From the NCBI GenBank assembly GCA_964106915.2, contig OZ066916.1: a DNA stretch of 64,000 nt; one strand, written 5' to 3'. The notes under the pieces are model-generated. The model was not told where the DNA came from, ran no database searches, and worked only from the letters and a program-made list of their open reading frames with translations. This document shows, in pieces, positions 23,337 to 36,779 of the stretch (its first letter is position 1; each line of letters opens with the position of its first letter). This stretch comes from Podarcis gaigeae. Lineage: Eukaryota. A program made the translations under genes and the position numbers.

Positions 23337-24119
23337 TAACACAAGAGTTACACAGGTAACCCTTGGAACTCTAGAACCCATGGACAACTAAGGAAGCTGA
23401 ACGTTGAAAGGTTCAGGACACACAAAAGAAGATGCTTTTTCACGCAGCACATAGTTAAACTGAGGAGCTCACTTCCAAATGAAGCAGTGATGACCACCAA
23501 CCTGGATGGTTTGAGAAGAGTATTCATGACTTTCAGTGGCTACTAGCTGCAATAGCAGTGCTCCACTTGCAGACTGAGAAAGACTCATTGCTTCTTGTGC
23601 TTTCCACAGTAGTACACCAACTCTAGCATTTTGCTTCTTGAGCTGGGCAGGTAATGATGACATTTGTACTTCCCCAAATGCTGGGAATGCAGCCCCTATA
23701 TTTGTTCTCTGGAGCTCACAACCACACTTCTTCAAGCAATGTTTTAAAGGAGGCTAGAACTGAGAGCAGAATAAAACCTCATACTGAGTTGCTTCTATCT
23801 AGTGCTGCCATAATGGCTGTACTTTTGGGGCTCTGCTCTATATTTTATTTAATAGAATGATAAATTAACCACACATTTATTGCATATTTAAAAATAATTT
23901 TTAGTTCCCACTGATTTTGCTAAAATTTCCAAGTAAGTATGCTTGCTAGGACCAGGAAGTTAGTTCTCATACCTATTAAATTAAACTGGGAAATGCCATT
24001 TAGTGGGGAAACCTTGAGCAGTTGGGACATTTAATTTGTTTTATTCTGCGGTAAGAGCACAAGATAAATATTTAACTGGAAGCCTGGTGTTTTTTGTTTT
24101 TGGTTTGTTTTACTTATAG

Positions 24120-24203
24120 GTGAAAGCTGTAGTATTGGATCCAAGGAATGGATTTAATGTGGACAGGACCCTTACAAAGGCTGATGTGCAAAAACTTATT
24201 AAG
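24120..24203 (+). CDS. CFAP206: CFAP206 exon (VKAVVLDPRNGFNVDRTLTKADVQKLIK)
   Basis: AG/GT flanks, 84 nt, phase 0-0. Confidence 0.93.
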
Positions 24204-25473
24204 GTAATTTTGTGAATCTAAACATTTGTTTAACTATTTTTATACTGATTTCAATGAACTTACTAAGACTTATCAACAAATTAAAGCAGTCTCTCAAGCA
24301 ACTCATGAACTCTGTGGGAATTGAGCAGCCTAACTCTACTCAGGATTACAGCCTAAATTATTGTTTTGTGTATAGTGTTTACCAAATTAATAAAAAGCTA
24401 CGTTTCAGACCACAAAATCATTTAAAACCTATGCTCTCAGAGTCATCTAAAGCCACATATCTCTCAGTGATAAACCTTTGACTGCTGTCCATTTTCTCAT
24501 TATCCGTTGAAATCTCTCCCAACTGCTTCTCCAAACCTGCACAATTGGATCATAATTTTGTATACCCAGTTGATGATCACAAAATATAACGTTTGATTTA
24601 AATGTAATGGAAATTTGGCGAGCAGATTACACTTAATGCATTCAGCCATAATAAGTAGAATTTAAAATATGCCTCACATAAATGGCTTTATAAGCACAGC
24701 TACATACATATATCATTGCTTCAAACTGTGATACATGCCCTTTTGAGGTGTGTAGGACACCTGAAAGATGAAAATGCTTTGTTCTAAAGAAAGCCTCCTG
24801 TGTGTGATTTTGAGGTTGTTAGATATGTTAGATTTTAAGAAGGTGGTTAGACTAGTTCATTGCCACTAGTGAACTAGTATTTCAAGCAACAAATCTCTCT
24901 GTGTGTCCGCAGCCTAGTGCTGCTGTATTATGCAGCAACAGGCTGCATGCAGTGGTATATGAGACTGCTTGTGTAGAAGGGCTTATTCGTTTCAAGGCTG
25001 AGGGCTGCATATTTGCTGCTTTAGAGTGTGTTGCGCTGCTTGCCTCTTCTCTGTATTGAGAATGAGTACTGTAGCTTCATGAAGCTATGTGAACTTCAAA
25101 GTTCATGCAGCCACCTGGAATCAGGCAATAGCAAAAAATCTAATCCATATTATTCAACTCCATCTGCAGTCCACTTATTATGCTATTTAGGAACAAGTAA
25201 ATTACAAAAACTATGAACGTTTTGTGTCTTGAAGCTACATTATGGCAACGCAACATTTTGTTCTTGCAGTGGTGCTTCTCAGCCCCTTAATTTGTTTTCT
25301 CAAGTAATGTTTAAGCAAAGGGCACCTTATTTTTTAAAACTATTAAACTGGTGGATTCTGTTTCACATGTATAAATTCTGTAGCATAATGTTTCCAGGTG
25401 CCCAACGGTAATATTATTTTAATAATTAGTTAAGGGGCTTGAAATAACTTACATCAACATTTTCTCTTTTTAG

Positions 25474-25564
25474 CTTTCCATTGAAAGACTGCTTGACACA
25501 AGCAACCCATCCCTGGACACTATTAAGATGCAAGTTTATTTTGATATGAACTATATCAGTCGAG
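25474..25564 (+). CDS. CFAP206: CFAP206 exon (LSIERLLDTSNPSLDTIKMQVYFDMNYISR)
   Basis: AG/GT flanks, phase 0-1; PSLDTIKMQVYFDMNY motif. Confidence 0.93.
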
Positions 25565-26321
25565 GTAATCAATGTGTGGAGTAATTTAATGTGAATATGG
25601 TGATGGTACAATCCTATGCATGCTTATTCAGAAGTCACACTGTGTTCAAGAGGACTTGCTGTCTAGTAAATTTACCTGGGATTGCAGCCGCAATGTATCT
25701 ATTCCTGCTACATGTGAAAACTTATAGTACTGTAATACAATGAAACAGCAAATCCAATAATATGTGAACATGCTAAGAGATGCAATCTATAAGGAGGTTA
25801 TAAATTAAATTGCCTCATTAAAAAATATTCAACATTTACTTAACATTAGAACAGTTAATATTTATTGTGCATTTAAAATCTTGGAAGTGCATCTGTGGTT
25901 TTTTAAAAGTTATATCCTATACCAAATAAATGGAACTGATACATTACACTGTCTCAATTTACCTACAACTGAGTTTGTGCAATTATGTTACATAGTGCAG
26001 TCCTATGTGTGATTACTTGTATGTAAATCTCAGCATGATCACTAGATAATGCCTTAAGATGGCAGCCCTAAGGTATCAGAATGAGAAGAGCATGGGAGGA
26101 TTTAAGCATGTGAAATATGGGCATTTTCAACTAGCTAAGTTGAAAGTCTGTTGATGCCTATGCATGTCTTTTGGATGTCTGTGCCTTGGGATTACAACTG
26201 ATGTGTAACTGAAAAACTATCAAGTCTAATGAAATCTGCATCACTATGTGGTCTGCTGAAGCATGCAGGTGGTGCCAGTGATATAACTTGCTTTTGTATC
26301 GTCCTCTGTGTTTCCTCTTAG

Positions 26322-26510
26322 TTGAGTTAATCAAGGAACAGCATCGTGTTTTGGATTCTCGCCTTGCTCCAGTGGGCAGAGAAATTACAGATAGCCGTGC
26401 TCGTACCAGAGAGGAATTGGAAAGTGTTTATCGAAAAATTGTCAGCTATGTCCTGCTGCGCTCTGGCCTTGGATCCCCTACAGACATCAAGGTCATTAGA
26501 GAGGCAACTG
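26322..26510 (+). CDS. CFAP206: CFAP206 exon (VELIKEQHRVLDSRL...SGLGSPTDIKVIREAT)
   Basis: AG/GT flanks, phase 1-1. Confidence 0.93.
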
Positions 26511-28021
26511 GTTGGTAACTGTTTCAGATATATGCCGTGAAGAGTTTTGCCAATATGCACTTTACTGTGGTAGTCATTGCATAGGAACTGAGCAACAAGC
26601 GGTGGCTAGTTGGGGGACTGTCTTTTTACTTTCTTTTGTTTTGAAGTATTTGTATGCTGCCTTTGTGCCTCAGTATGTACCTGTGGCAGTTGACAGCAAA
26701 TCTAGAAACAATCCAGAGTATATATACCTCCCCGGTAAAAAAATTCAAAGAAAACACTCAAAAGCACGTATACAAATATCTGCTCCAGATAGCAAAACCA
26801 GTCTGAGAATAGAACATAATCTGAGAGCCAGAAAAAGACACTTCACATATCCAACAGGCCAAATGCAAGCAACCATCCAACCCTTTCCTGAAGATATGGA
26901 GATCTTCTGAAGCAGCATTCAACACAGCAAGAAAGGATGCAGACAGAAGGACACAGCCCCTGTGCTGTGTATTAACCAAGTCACAAGTATTGTGTCAAGG
27001 GAGCAGTGGTGGGGTTCTTGGCACTTGACAACTGCCCAAGCTGGCCATTCACCTCCTTACTCACTGTGGCCTTCCATTCAAACTAATTGCTGATAAGGGC
27101 ATTATACTATTCTGCATACAAGATTCTATACCTGAGATTCTAGGTAGTTCATGCAGAACTTGTAGTCTGGTTGTCTGCTTTAATGCCTTGCACAACTCCA
27201 TACTTCCCTCCAAACCTCCACCCCCCTGATGATATTCCTTGACCACTTACTCCTGCATGTCATTCATCTCCATCCTAATCCCTCCTTACACTCTTCAGGT
27301 CCTTAACCCCCTCAGTCCCCAAGTCCACATTATTCAGACTCTTACCTCTTGGAAGGAGAATTACAGTAGTAGCGCAGAATTAGCAAATGTCTCCCAATGG
27401 CCTTATTCACTGACATTTATACTGGAGGGGGAAAGTGTGTTAAGAGTCTCTAAATTCTGTAGAGGCTCTTGACACACTTTTTTTTTTTAGAGAGAGAGAG
27501 GGGGGTGGGGCAGTTTAACACACGTAGCTTTGTCCATAACGATTTCAGTTTATGTTGAGTGTTAGTTTATTGATTATCCTCTTCAGCTGTCATAAGATTT
27601 AGCATTTTATAGCTCTTGGTAAGTTAAAATACTTTATAATTAACTATGTCCATAGGAGGGGGGCATGCAAAGGGGACTGCAACAGGAAGAAAAAGATTGA
27701 GAAATTCCCATTCCACAAACAGAACATTCACAGATCTTAGGATTCAAGACATGATCTCCAGCATAGTGGGATCTCAAATGTGAATAAGTATCTTACTATA
27801 CTAGGGGTGTTTCCATGGAAAATCCAGTAAGATACACCCACACCAGTTACTTGTTGGTGATACCTAAATGACTGATTTGCAAAACGAAGCCCCGACTGGA
27901 AGCAGCCCAATGTGAACAAATTGTGGTCTCGTCCCCTCACCTTTCTGTTTTATTTGATGTTACAGCTGTTGTCTGCCTTTTTTTTTTTTGTATGACATTT
28001 TCCACATTTAATATTTTACAG

Positions 28022-28180
28022 CTGCCCTGCAGAGTGTCTTCCCTCAAACAGAACTTGCTGCTTTCCTCTCCCTTTCAAAGAAGGAGAAAGAGAGGCAGTT
28101 GAAGGAGCTCACCATGATTGTCACAGGAATTCGGCTATTCAACAAGGAGTGCGGGAAGGGAGGAGAAGGCATTGATGAGT
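28022..28180 (+). CDS. CFAP206: CFAP206 exon (AALQSVFPQTEL...GIRLFNKECGKGGEGIDE)
   Basis: AG/GT flanks, phase 1-1. Confidence 0.93.
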
Positions 28181-29052
28181 GTAGGTATATACTAGTAGGT
28201 GCTAAACTTGATGATATGTCTGCATTAGCCATTTAAGCCACTTTAAAATGTGCAAAAATGCTCAGTGCTGGCTGATCACCAGTAGTCCCATCTGAATTGC
28301 TTCATGCAAATACAGCATTTAAGTTGATTTCCAAATGAGATGTGATAACATGCTGTTCAGCTGCAGGTTAACTTTACTGAATATCTTCAAAATTGATAAT
28401 CTGTACTGTATTATCTATTAAAAACTCTGTTAAATTGGCTTGTTGTAAAGCCTTTCATAGGATTTTTATATATTTATATAAAATAGAAAGCCGTGTTAGC
28501 CCCCTGAGAGAAAAAAGAAATGTTTTTAGTCTCACCATGAGACTAAATAAGTTTCGTATTAAAAAATAGTGTGAGCTTTCAGAGGTGACAACATACTACT
28601 TCAGATGCTTATTTTTGGAACTAGGAGAAGCAAGGTGGAAAAGTCAGTTAACATATGATAGTTTATTGACTAAAACCCAGTACTTTTAAAAGGTTATTGA
28701 CCCAAACCTGGATCCAAAGATGCCACCAATGTGTGCTTAAGAGTCCTTTTGCAGATGCCCAGTCTTGTCTGCAGTCATTCAAACTATGTTGGATGCTCTT
28801 CTGAGGTTCTCTCAGTCCTCAGGAGAGACCTTTCAGGGCATGCAAGGGGCTTCAAGTGGAAGGGAACCCACAAAAGCCTTGGTGTGCTCATATGGAAGGC
28901 TCCATGCATCTCTTCGGATGTCAGCCCTGTTTATTTTAGACAGAAATAGGTGGGGAAAATGCTTGTGGTTAGTTACTGAATTTGAGGTTGGCATGCTTAG
29001 TAATTACTGCCATGCCCCTTCTATAAGTTTCAAACCAACCCTGTGTCAACAG

Positions 29053-29261
29053 TACCAGCTATTCTGAATGAAGCTATCCCAGCAGCCAACCACCATATAG
29101 AAATAGAACTGCAAGCTTCCAAGGATTTGGCGTACCAATACACAGCCTTGATTGAAATGATGCACCTGAGTCAAAATGCTGAGATAGAACTTAAAACGAC
29201 AATGTTGAAAGAAGTCCTGTACAACGTGAGACAACACGAGGCTTTCCTCTGCATCATTCTG
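29053..29261 (+). CDS. CFAP206: CFAP206 exon (LPAILNEAIPA...LYNVRQHEAFLCIIL)
   Basis: AG/GTAAG flanks, phase 1-0. Confidence 0.93.
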
Positions 29262-30401
29262 GTAAGATTGTTTTATGCTTTGCATCCCTTCTAGAATGCT
29301 GGCATATACATTGATTGTGCCCGTAAGCTTTTTGTATACTTATAACTATGCTTATTAAATCTATATACAGTATTGCCCTTCATTTGAAGATCACAGATTT
29401 TTATGTCACAGTTTGCAACATAAAAAATAATTAAAAACCCAAATACAAAACAAAACAAAAAACCACCCACTCCCCTGAGACATTTAAAAGGCCACAGACT
29501 GTTTAATCAGTGAATGGCCTAGTTGAAGAAGAATGTTATCGCTTGGTGCCTAAAGATCTGTAATGAAGGAGCCAGGTGAACCTTTCTGGGGAGAACATTC
29601 CACAAACAGGGAGCCACCATAGAAAAGGCCTGTTTTCATGTTGCCACCCTCTGGACCTCTCATGGAGGCTTCAGTTGATTATCATTCCTTTGGTACATAT
29701 CTTTAGACACTAGGCAAAAACATGCCTCTTCTCCCAGGCCTTTGGCTAATTAAACAATCTGTGGCCTTTTAAACTGTGGCGGTGGGGAGTATTGTTTTCG
29801 TTTGTCACTTTGGTATGTATTTTTGTTTCTTATATTGCAAACTGCCATGTGATCTTTGGATGAAGGGCAGTATAGAAATTGTATTATTATTATTATTTTA
29901 TTAATTCGCCTCCCTGGCACAGCTAGCTGCCCCCTCCCAACTATGTTGCCACCAGATGAAGAAGAGCCAAGTGGGGAGGGGCAGGTTCAATTTAAGAAAC
30001 CAACTTTTAGTTGGTAGAGAATTGTACAAGGTTCCAAGTTGGACTGAACTCTCTTTCGTGCACTTTGGAAAAGAAGTGTCATTCTCTGCAGTACATAGCA
30101 ATATAGGAGTACATGTCCAGATGACTGAGAATCTAATTGGAGATTGTCAATATGTGTGTGTGTGTGTGTGTATTCCATCCCGTATTTCATTTAAGGAGCT
30201 CAAGATGGCATACATGGTTCTCTCCCTGCCCCTGCTTTGTCCCATTATTTATCCTCACAACAACCCTGGGACTTTGGTTAGGCTTTGAGATACTGACTGC
30301 CTCAAGGCCACTCAACGAGCTAAGGTAGATGTGGTAGATTCAATGAACTGTGGAAATGTCCTGAATTTCCATTGGTAATCTGCTGTATGCTGTCTTTTCA
30401 G

Positions 30402-30521
30402 TCTGATGTGATCACATGTGCACAAGAAGTTGATATGATGCAGAAGCAGTTTGCAGCACAGATGGAGCACTTAAAAAGTATTGTTCAGGCAAAGACAGCA
30501 GTGCCTACGTCTCTGGTTTAT
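30402..30521 (+). CDS. CFAP206: CFAP206 exon (SDVITCAQEV...KTAVPTSLVY)
   Basis: CAG/GTAAGT flanks, 120 nt, phase 0-0. Confidence 0.93.
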
Positions 30522-31365
30522 GTAAGTTCCTAAATTGCTAGAATGTAAAAAGGACTAGCTTGTGTTTGTGTGCTGAGTTAGTGACACAGACCTCTTTTAC
30601 ACCGAGAGACAGAGAGAGCCTGGATCCTTGCCTTTCTGTTCAGCTGGTCCAAGGGAGTTTTGAGCTTGTTGATAGTGCTGAGAGAGGGGTCTTGACCCTC
30701 CCCTCCCGATGTTTTCCCAATTTCAACTGCCCCCAGGAACTATTATTTGCTACATACAACAAAGCATACAGGTGCCTATATGATACCATAGAGCATATTG
30801 GGGTGGGGTATTCAGATTGGGAAAATAATCCATTACAGGGACTGGGGAGAATTAATCCACCCAGCGTCTTCATGCAGCTTTATTTAAAACAAAAAACCCT
30901 GCAGGACATCAGATCTCCTGTCATTGTAGCAAGTTTGTCTCTAGGATTTTACACAGAGCTGCTAAAAAAGAAAGTACTGTAAGTTCTGTAGGTTTGTACA
31001 TGCTGTCAATTTAACAGCATGAAAATTCCCTGTTCTCTGTTTAACTTTCATCAGAGGAATCTATTGCTTTATTGTATACAAGGAGTATATATCCTGGCAC
31101 TGTGATAGTCTTTGGTCCTATGCTGTGCTAGAAATAACATAAAGAAATCAGGGATGTATGTTAAGGAGAGGAGAGAGTGCAAATATTCCTCAAAAATCCT
31201 TTACAATTAAAATTGTTAGGGTTTAAGATCATGAATTGCACCCCCTGCTTTTGTCTCCTCACCTGTGGAGTATATATAAAGAACAGCAGACTACATATTT
31301 TTGGCAAGCAGGCAGCATAATTTTGCAAATACAACTTCAATTTCTTTGTTTTTCCCCCCTCCCAG

Positions 31366-31564
31366 CCTATATTTATTGCACTTTCTAACCTTTGGACCAG
31401 TTTTCAAGACGAGATCCTGGTGCTGAGTTTCCTCAATAACTTGACTATCAATCTCCAGCAGTTCCTAGGAGCCCACTCAGTGATTTTTCCAGAAGATGTG
31501 ATGGAATCCCTTCTTGAAGATATTATTGTAAAAACTGATGAGGAAAGGTTAAAAGAAAGTGCTG
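31366..31564 (+). CDS. CFAP206: CFAP206 exon (PIFIALSNLWTSFQDE...KTDEERLKESA)
   Basis: CAG/GT flanks, phase 0-1. Confidence 0.92.
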
Positions 31565-31696
31565 GTACTAAAACCATAATTATGCATTTTGAATTAATGT
31601 ATAAAGTCCATGGAATACTCTTGCTACCTTCAGATTCTTAGCCTTTTGAGAGCTAGAGCTTCCGTTTTATTGCTAAATAAGTATCATGTGCCATAA

Positions 31697-32047
31697 AAAC
31701 CACTGAGCCTCTTACTGATTGGAAGGTTGGCGGTTCGAATCCCCACAACGAAGTGAGCTCCCATTGCTCTGTCCCAGCTCCTGCCAACCTAGCAGTTCAA
31801 AAGCACACCAATGCAAGTAGATAAATGGGTACTGCTGTGGTGGGAAGGTAAACGGTGTTTCCGTGCGCTCTGGTTTCTGTCATGGTGTCCCGTTGTGCCA
31901 GAAGCGGTTTAGTCAGGCTGGCCACATGACGCAGAAAGCTGCGGACAAACGCCTACTCCCTCGGCCTGAAGCAAGATGAGCGCCATACCCCATAGTTGCC
32001 TTGACTGGACTTAACAATCCAGGGATCCTTTACCTTTTGCCTTTACC
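31697..32047 (+). mobile_element. Sauria SINE, 5' eroded, different subfamily
   Basis: GGTTCGAATCCC B box, CCCAGCTCCTGCCAACCTAGCAGTTC core, CCTTTACC tail. Confidence 0.85.
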
Positions 32048-32079
32048 ATGTGTCATGCACTTACGGCTATATATATATA

Positions 32080-32721
32080 GCTGCCCTTGAGACTGACCTA
32101 GAAACTCCAGCGGGTGCAGAATGCCACGGTGAGACGCCTTACGGGGTCCTTGCCGTGGGATCGCATTCACCCGGTGCTATACCAGCTGCACTGGCTCTCG
32201 GTGGAGTACAGGATCAGGCTTAAGGTGCTGGTTTTAATCTTTAAAGCCCTATGCGGACTAGGACCCTCGTTCCTACGGGACCGCGTCTCCTGGTATGTCC
32301 CACGGAGGACCATACAGTCTTCAAACAAAAACAGCTTGGAGGTCCCAGGCCACAGGGAGGTTAGGCTGGTCTCAACCAGAGCCAGGGCTTTTTCGGCTGT
32401 GGCCCCTGTGGTGGAATGCTCTGTCACAAGAGACTAGGGCCCTGCAGGACTTGACATCTTTCCGCAAGGCCTGTAAGACAGAGCTGTTCCATCAGGCCTT
32501 TGGCCAAGGCACAGTCTGACCCCCTGCTTTGGTAATCCTCATAGAACTCTAGCCCAATGGTTGCTATTAATTTGATTCTGAATTGATTTTAGAATGAATT
32601 GATTTTAGAATGTATTTCAATTAATAGATTGTGAATTTTATGTAAATTGTGTTACTTTTACTGTTGTTAGCCGCTCTGAGCCCAGCTTCGGCTGGGGAGG
32701 GCAGGATATAAATAAAAATTT
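32080..32721 (+). mobile_element. L2 LINE 3' fragment
   Basis: Encodes the L2 RT C-terminus (IHPVLYQLHWLSVEYRIRLKVLVLIFKALCGLGPSFLRDR), followed by a 3' tail ending ATAAATAAAA. Confidence 0.85.
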
Positions 32722-33397
32722 GTATGGCTGCCCAATAGCATATGTTCTCTGGGTTGCTCTCAGAAAATTAAAATAGAAAAAATAAAATGCAGTATCAAAA
32801 CCTCCTGTGCTGCAAACTGTTCCTAGGCCACACTATAGCCTCATCTTTCTAGATGAATTGTGTTATTGTTTTTTTTGGAGGGGGGAATATGTTTTAGAAT
32901 AAATGTTTTGTGAGCTGTTCTGAGGGCCAATATTGTGGATATAAGTAATAAATAAAAGTTGCCCTGAACCTTCCCACCTAATATGAAATACTAGATTATT
33001 CAGTACCTCACTAGGTACTTGTGCCATGGGATTCAGTGGTCTCAACCTTCCCCAGTAACCATGTGTATACATGGGTATGATCTGGGGTGTTTCTAGGTGG
33101 GACCTCAATGTTGCAAATGGGTTATTGAGATACAGCAAATGGGTCCTTGGCAACAGGTTTTTAACATCATATCCCCCCCCCCCCCCAGAAAGGGAACATC
33201 TTGATTAAATGCTGGGGGGTGGGGGAAATATACTCTGTTACTTTGACACCAACAATATTGTGTGGACATTGCAACTAATAATAATAATAAAAATCTGCAT
33301 GCATAAGCAATTTTCTCCTGCAATAAATACCTGTCTGGAAGCACATTTTCTGATACTGAAAATATATCCTAAGCTGCTGGTTTTTTTTATATTTCAG

Positions 33398-33538
33398 ATA
33401 GCAAAGTAAATCCCGCTGACTTTACCGTAGAAGAATGGCTCTTCCCAGAAACCACCATTAATTTCAGCCAAGTGCAAATTCAGTACCATGGGTTTTGTGC
33501 TTACACTTTTGCTGTGAAAGATGGTCTTCTTATTCCAG
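33398..33538 (+). CDS. CFAP206: CFAP206 exon (DSKVNPADF...QYHGFCAYTFAVKDGLLIP)
   Basis: CAG/GT flanks, phase 1-1. Confidence 0.92.
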
Positions 33539-34319
33539 GTTTGCCAGTTGTAGATAAGTCCCGTTTGCTTTTTAAGAGCATTCTTACTGCATCATATTAT
33601 GTTTTAAGTTGTAGACTGCCTTGCTTTAGTTTTATAGAAGTTTGGCGTATAAATAAAATAAAAATACCTGACATATAAGGAGCTTGCCACCCAAACTACT
33701 GGGGCTTGGCTTAAAAATGGAGATGGAGAAGAATTTGAGGCAGTAGGAATGTGGGGGGTGAGGAGGGAAGGAACAGTGACAAGCATTTGGTAGGCAGGAG
33801 ATAAATCTGAGGAAGGGAATTAGAAAATTGGTATACACAGTGATCGATGGTAGCTGGGACAGAGAAACAATCGAAAAGAAGACATATCAACAAGACAAAA
33901 GGGCAAAGACAATCAGTGCCAGAAAGAGATCTATTGGAGACTAATTCTCTTGGTTGGAGAGAAGAGGAATGTCGGAGCCTCCACTGCTTTAACAGCACCT
34001 TGTTTAGAATTCCATTCAAAGCATAAATTTGTATTTGTTTGTCCAGCAAAGAAACTAGAATTTAACAGTGCAATTTTTAAAAGGGTATTACTATTTTTAC
34101 TGATGTAATCCACATCATGCAGGATTAGCTACAAAATACTTTAGTCTTGTTCTTAGTTCATAGAAAGTGATTTGCTGGGGGAGAGCATGATTTAAAGTTG
34201 ACTGAATTTTCAGACAGGTTAGACACTAGAGCCATTCTTAATTTCAGAAGTGAAAACACTATAATCTGCATCAGGAATGTCATGAAGAAATCCTGTGTTC
34301 TTTTGCGCTTTGTTGTCAG

Positions 34320-34513
34320 CAAACCTTGCTGTTGGAATCCTGAAGTTTCGGGAGAAATACTATGCCTTTAGTTCCAAGGAAGCGGCATATAATTTTGCCA
34401 AGAATCCAGAGAAATGCGTTAAGATGATTGCAGAAAAAGCAAAGGAATCTGCAGAGCTTATTCAGCTGCTTGAACTTCATCAGCAATTTGAATCCCTTGC
34501 CCCTTATTCTCAG
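34320..34513 (+). CDS. CFAP206: CFAP206 exon (ANLAVGILKFREKYY...ELIQLLELHQQFESLAPYSQ)
   Basis: CAG/GT flanks, phase 1-0. Confidence 0.93.
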
Positions 34514-34604
34514 GTATTCAACACATTTATCCTTTACCTATTTAGGCCACTCCAAGAAAGCTTAATTCTAGAGAAAAGCCAAATAAGAGGCAATATGATA
34601 GAAC

Positions 34605-35030
34605 TTAATGCATAGCATGGAGAAAGTGGATAGAGGAAAGTTCTCCCTCTCAAAATGTGTAGATATCCAAGAAAGTTGAATGTTGGAAGATTCAGAAGAG
34701 ATAAGAGAAACTACTCCTTCACACAGCATGTAGTTTAACTATGGAGTTCTGTCCCACAGGAGGTAGTGATGTCTGCCAACTTGGATAGTTTTAACGGGAG
34801 TAGACAAATTTATAGAGGACAAAGCTATCGGTGCCTACTAACCACAATGGCTTTGTTCTTTTTCAACTGTTGGATGCAGTATGCTTCTGGGAACCGTAGG
34901 AGAGGAGAGTGTTCTTGTGCTTGGTCCTGGTTATGGGCTTCCCATAGGTTTCTGGTTGGCCACAGTGAGAACTGGATGCTGGACTAGATGGGCCATTGGC
35001 CCGATGAAGCAGGCTCCTGTGTTCTGATGC
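34605..35030 (+). mobile_element. CR1 LINE 3' fragment
   Basis: GGAAGATTCAGAAGAGATAAGAGAAACTACTCCTTCACACAGC ... GCTGGACTAGATGGGCCATTGGCC; similar fragments near 4280, 23370 and 39910-40510. Confidence 0.7.
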
Positions 35031-35377
35031 TCCAAAAGCAATATAGCTACCATTTTAATAATACAGGAAGTTGATCAGGAAGTATCTCAAAGAAGAGGTA
35101 CTTCTTAATGCATAAGGTTGGTGCCACATATCTTGTTTTGGCAGTGTCTTGTCCTTACTAGTTCATTGTGGGTTTAGCTGCAGTTAGCATGGGGAATAGC
35201 ACAGTTCCAGAGTGGCTTGTGGTAGTTGGATGCATAGGTTCAGTACACTCAACACTCCAAACAGCCCCATCTGGAAGTGTGCTAATATATCTTCCCTTTT
35301 AGTTTTTATCTAATGCTTGGTTGGAAGGTGAAAATGTGGAAATAAAAAATAGCTATTCCTTTTTGTTGTTGTTACAG

Positions 35378-35521
35378 ATCAGAGCCAAAGACAAGAAGAG
35401 TATGAAACCCATCACAAAATGTGACACCAGTACTCAGACAGACGTCCATATTTTGCCACCAAATATTGTGAAGAACTATGAGTGGAATGAATGGGAACTG
35501 AGAAGAAAAGCCATCAAACTG
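35378..35521 (+). CDS. CFAP206: CFAP206 exon (IRAKDKK...YEWNEWELRRKAIKL)
   Basis: CAG/GT flanks, phase 0-0; YEWNEWELRRKA motif. Confidence 0.94.
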
Positions 35522-36108
35522 GTTTGTGTCAACATGATTTGAGAGACTAGTTCAGACAAACTACAAATAACTACATTATCTCTCAGATCTTTTCAGACTT
35601 AACTCCATCCATTTGACCTTAAATTTTTTAGCCCCTCCATCTTTTGTTCTCAGCTTTGTTTGGAATAGCATAGTGCAACATTCATGCTGAAGCTTTTACT
35701 TTGTTACTTTTAAATGTCTAAACTTCCCTTCATCGTGTCTGGGTGGTGTACAATAATGATAATATAAATAAATATATAAACATCACATATCCTTCATAAC
35801 AATAAAACTGACAGGTAACAAACCTATGAAGCAGGCAGTGGCAGTAAAATGAATTAAAATGCCTGGGCAAACAAAAAGAAGACTTGATCTTGCCCCAAAG
35901 AAATGGAAAGTGCTTTCTCCTTGCTAGTTCATTGTCGACATAGGCTTTATACACATCCTAGAATTTGATCAGTTTATTCAATCCACCCTTGATAAGAAAG
36001 TATAAATCATTTATAAGTCTTTCAGGCAGTGCAATCATTTAACATAATCTCACATTATGTTAAATGCAACTGTGATTATTCTTTTATCTTTGTTTTTTTT
36101 ATATTCAG

Positions 36109-36339
36109 GCAAACTTACGTCAAAAGCTAACTCACTCAGTGCAGACCAATCTAAGTCACATGAGAAGGGACAACTGCAGCCAGGTGTACCCACTGAAGGA
36201 TAATGGCACACAGACCAAGCGAGAAAGCAATACTAATGTACCCAAACCTCAGATTTTCCTGGCTGGTCTCCGTGGAGGAACACCTCCAACTACCCGCATG
36301 ATCAAAATCAACTTAACAAGAGCAGTTGATGAAACATAA
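36109..36339 (+). CDS. CFAP206: CFAP206 last exon (ANLRQKLTHSVQT...NLTRAVDET*)
   Basis: CAG acceptor ending 36108, TAA ending 36339, AATAAA 36354-36359; total 622 aa. Confidence 0.94.
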   Translation, partial: ANLRQKLTHSVQTNLSHMRRDNCSQVYPLKDNGTQTKRESNTNVPKPQIFLAGLRGGTPPTTRMIKINLTRAVDET

Positions 36340-36779
36340 ATGACAAGTCCTTCAATAAATGAACTTTAAAAACAAAAAACAAATTGTGTCTCATTCTTTG
36401 TTCTATTATTTCAAAGGCAATCTTTGTATCATTAATGGGGCCAGATGAAAGATATCATGGGTAAGTTGAGTCTTCTATCCCCAGCCTTGTCCCATTGTAG
36501 CGTCCTGTATTGGCAGGTGCAGTACTAGCTATATTTGTGGACTGCTATTCCTCACCATGCAGTGCTCCCAGCTATCCTGTGTCAATCTTAGCAATTAGCC
36601 CTCCCATTCTGAACACCTTTTTTTCCTTCTTTTTGAGGGGACAACGGGAAATTCACTTTTCCTTTGGTCTTGGATTTCATCTTAAGAAATATTTCGCATG
36701 ACTGTAATTGTGCTAAAGACACTGAAATTCTGGTTCCTTGAGGCCTGACTGGAAAGTAGTGAAGAAATCTAGAATTTTA

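Noticed and set aside
27060-27460. Pyrimidine-rich stretch that might be a retroviral relic
   Set aside because: No recognisable protein motif or termini; cannot be supported without a search
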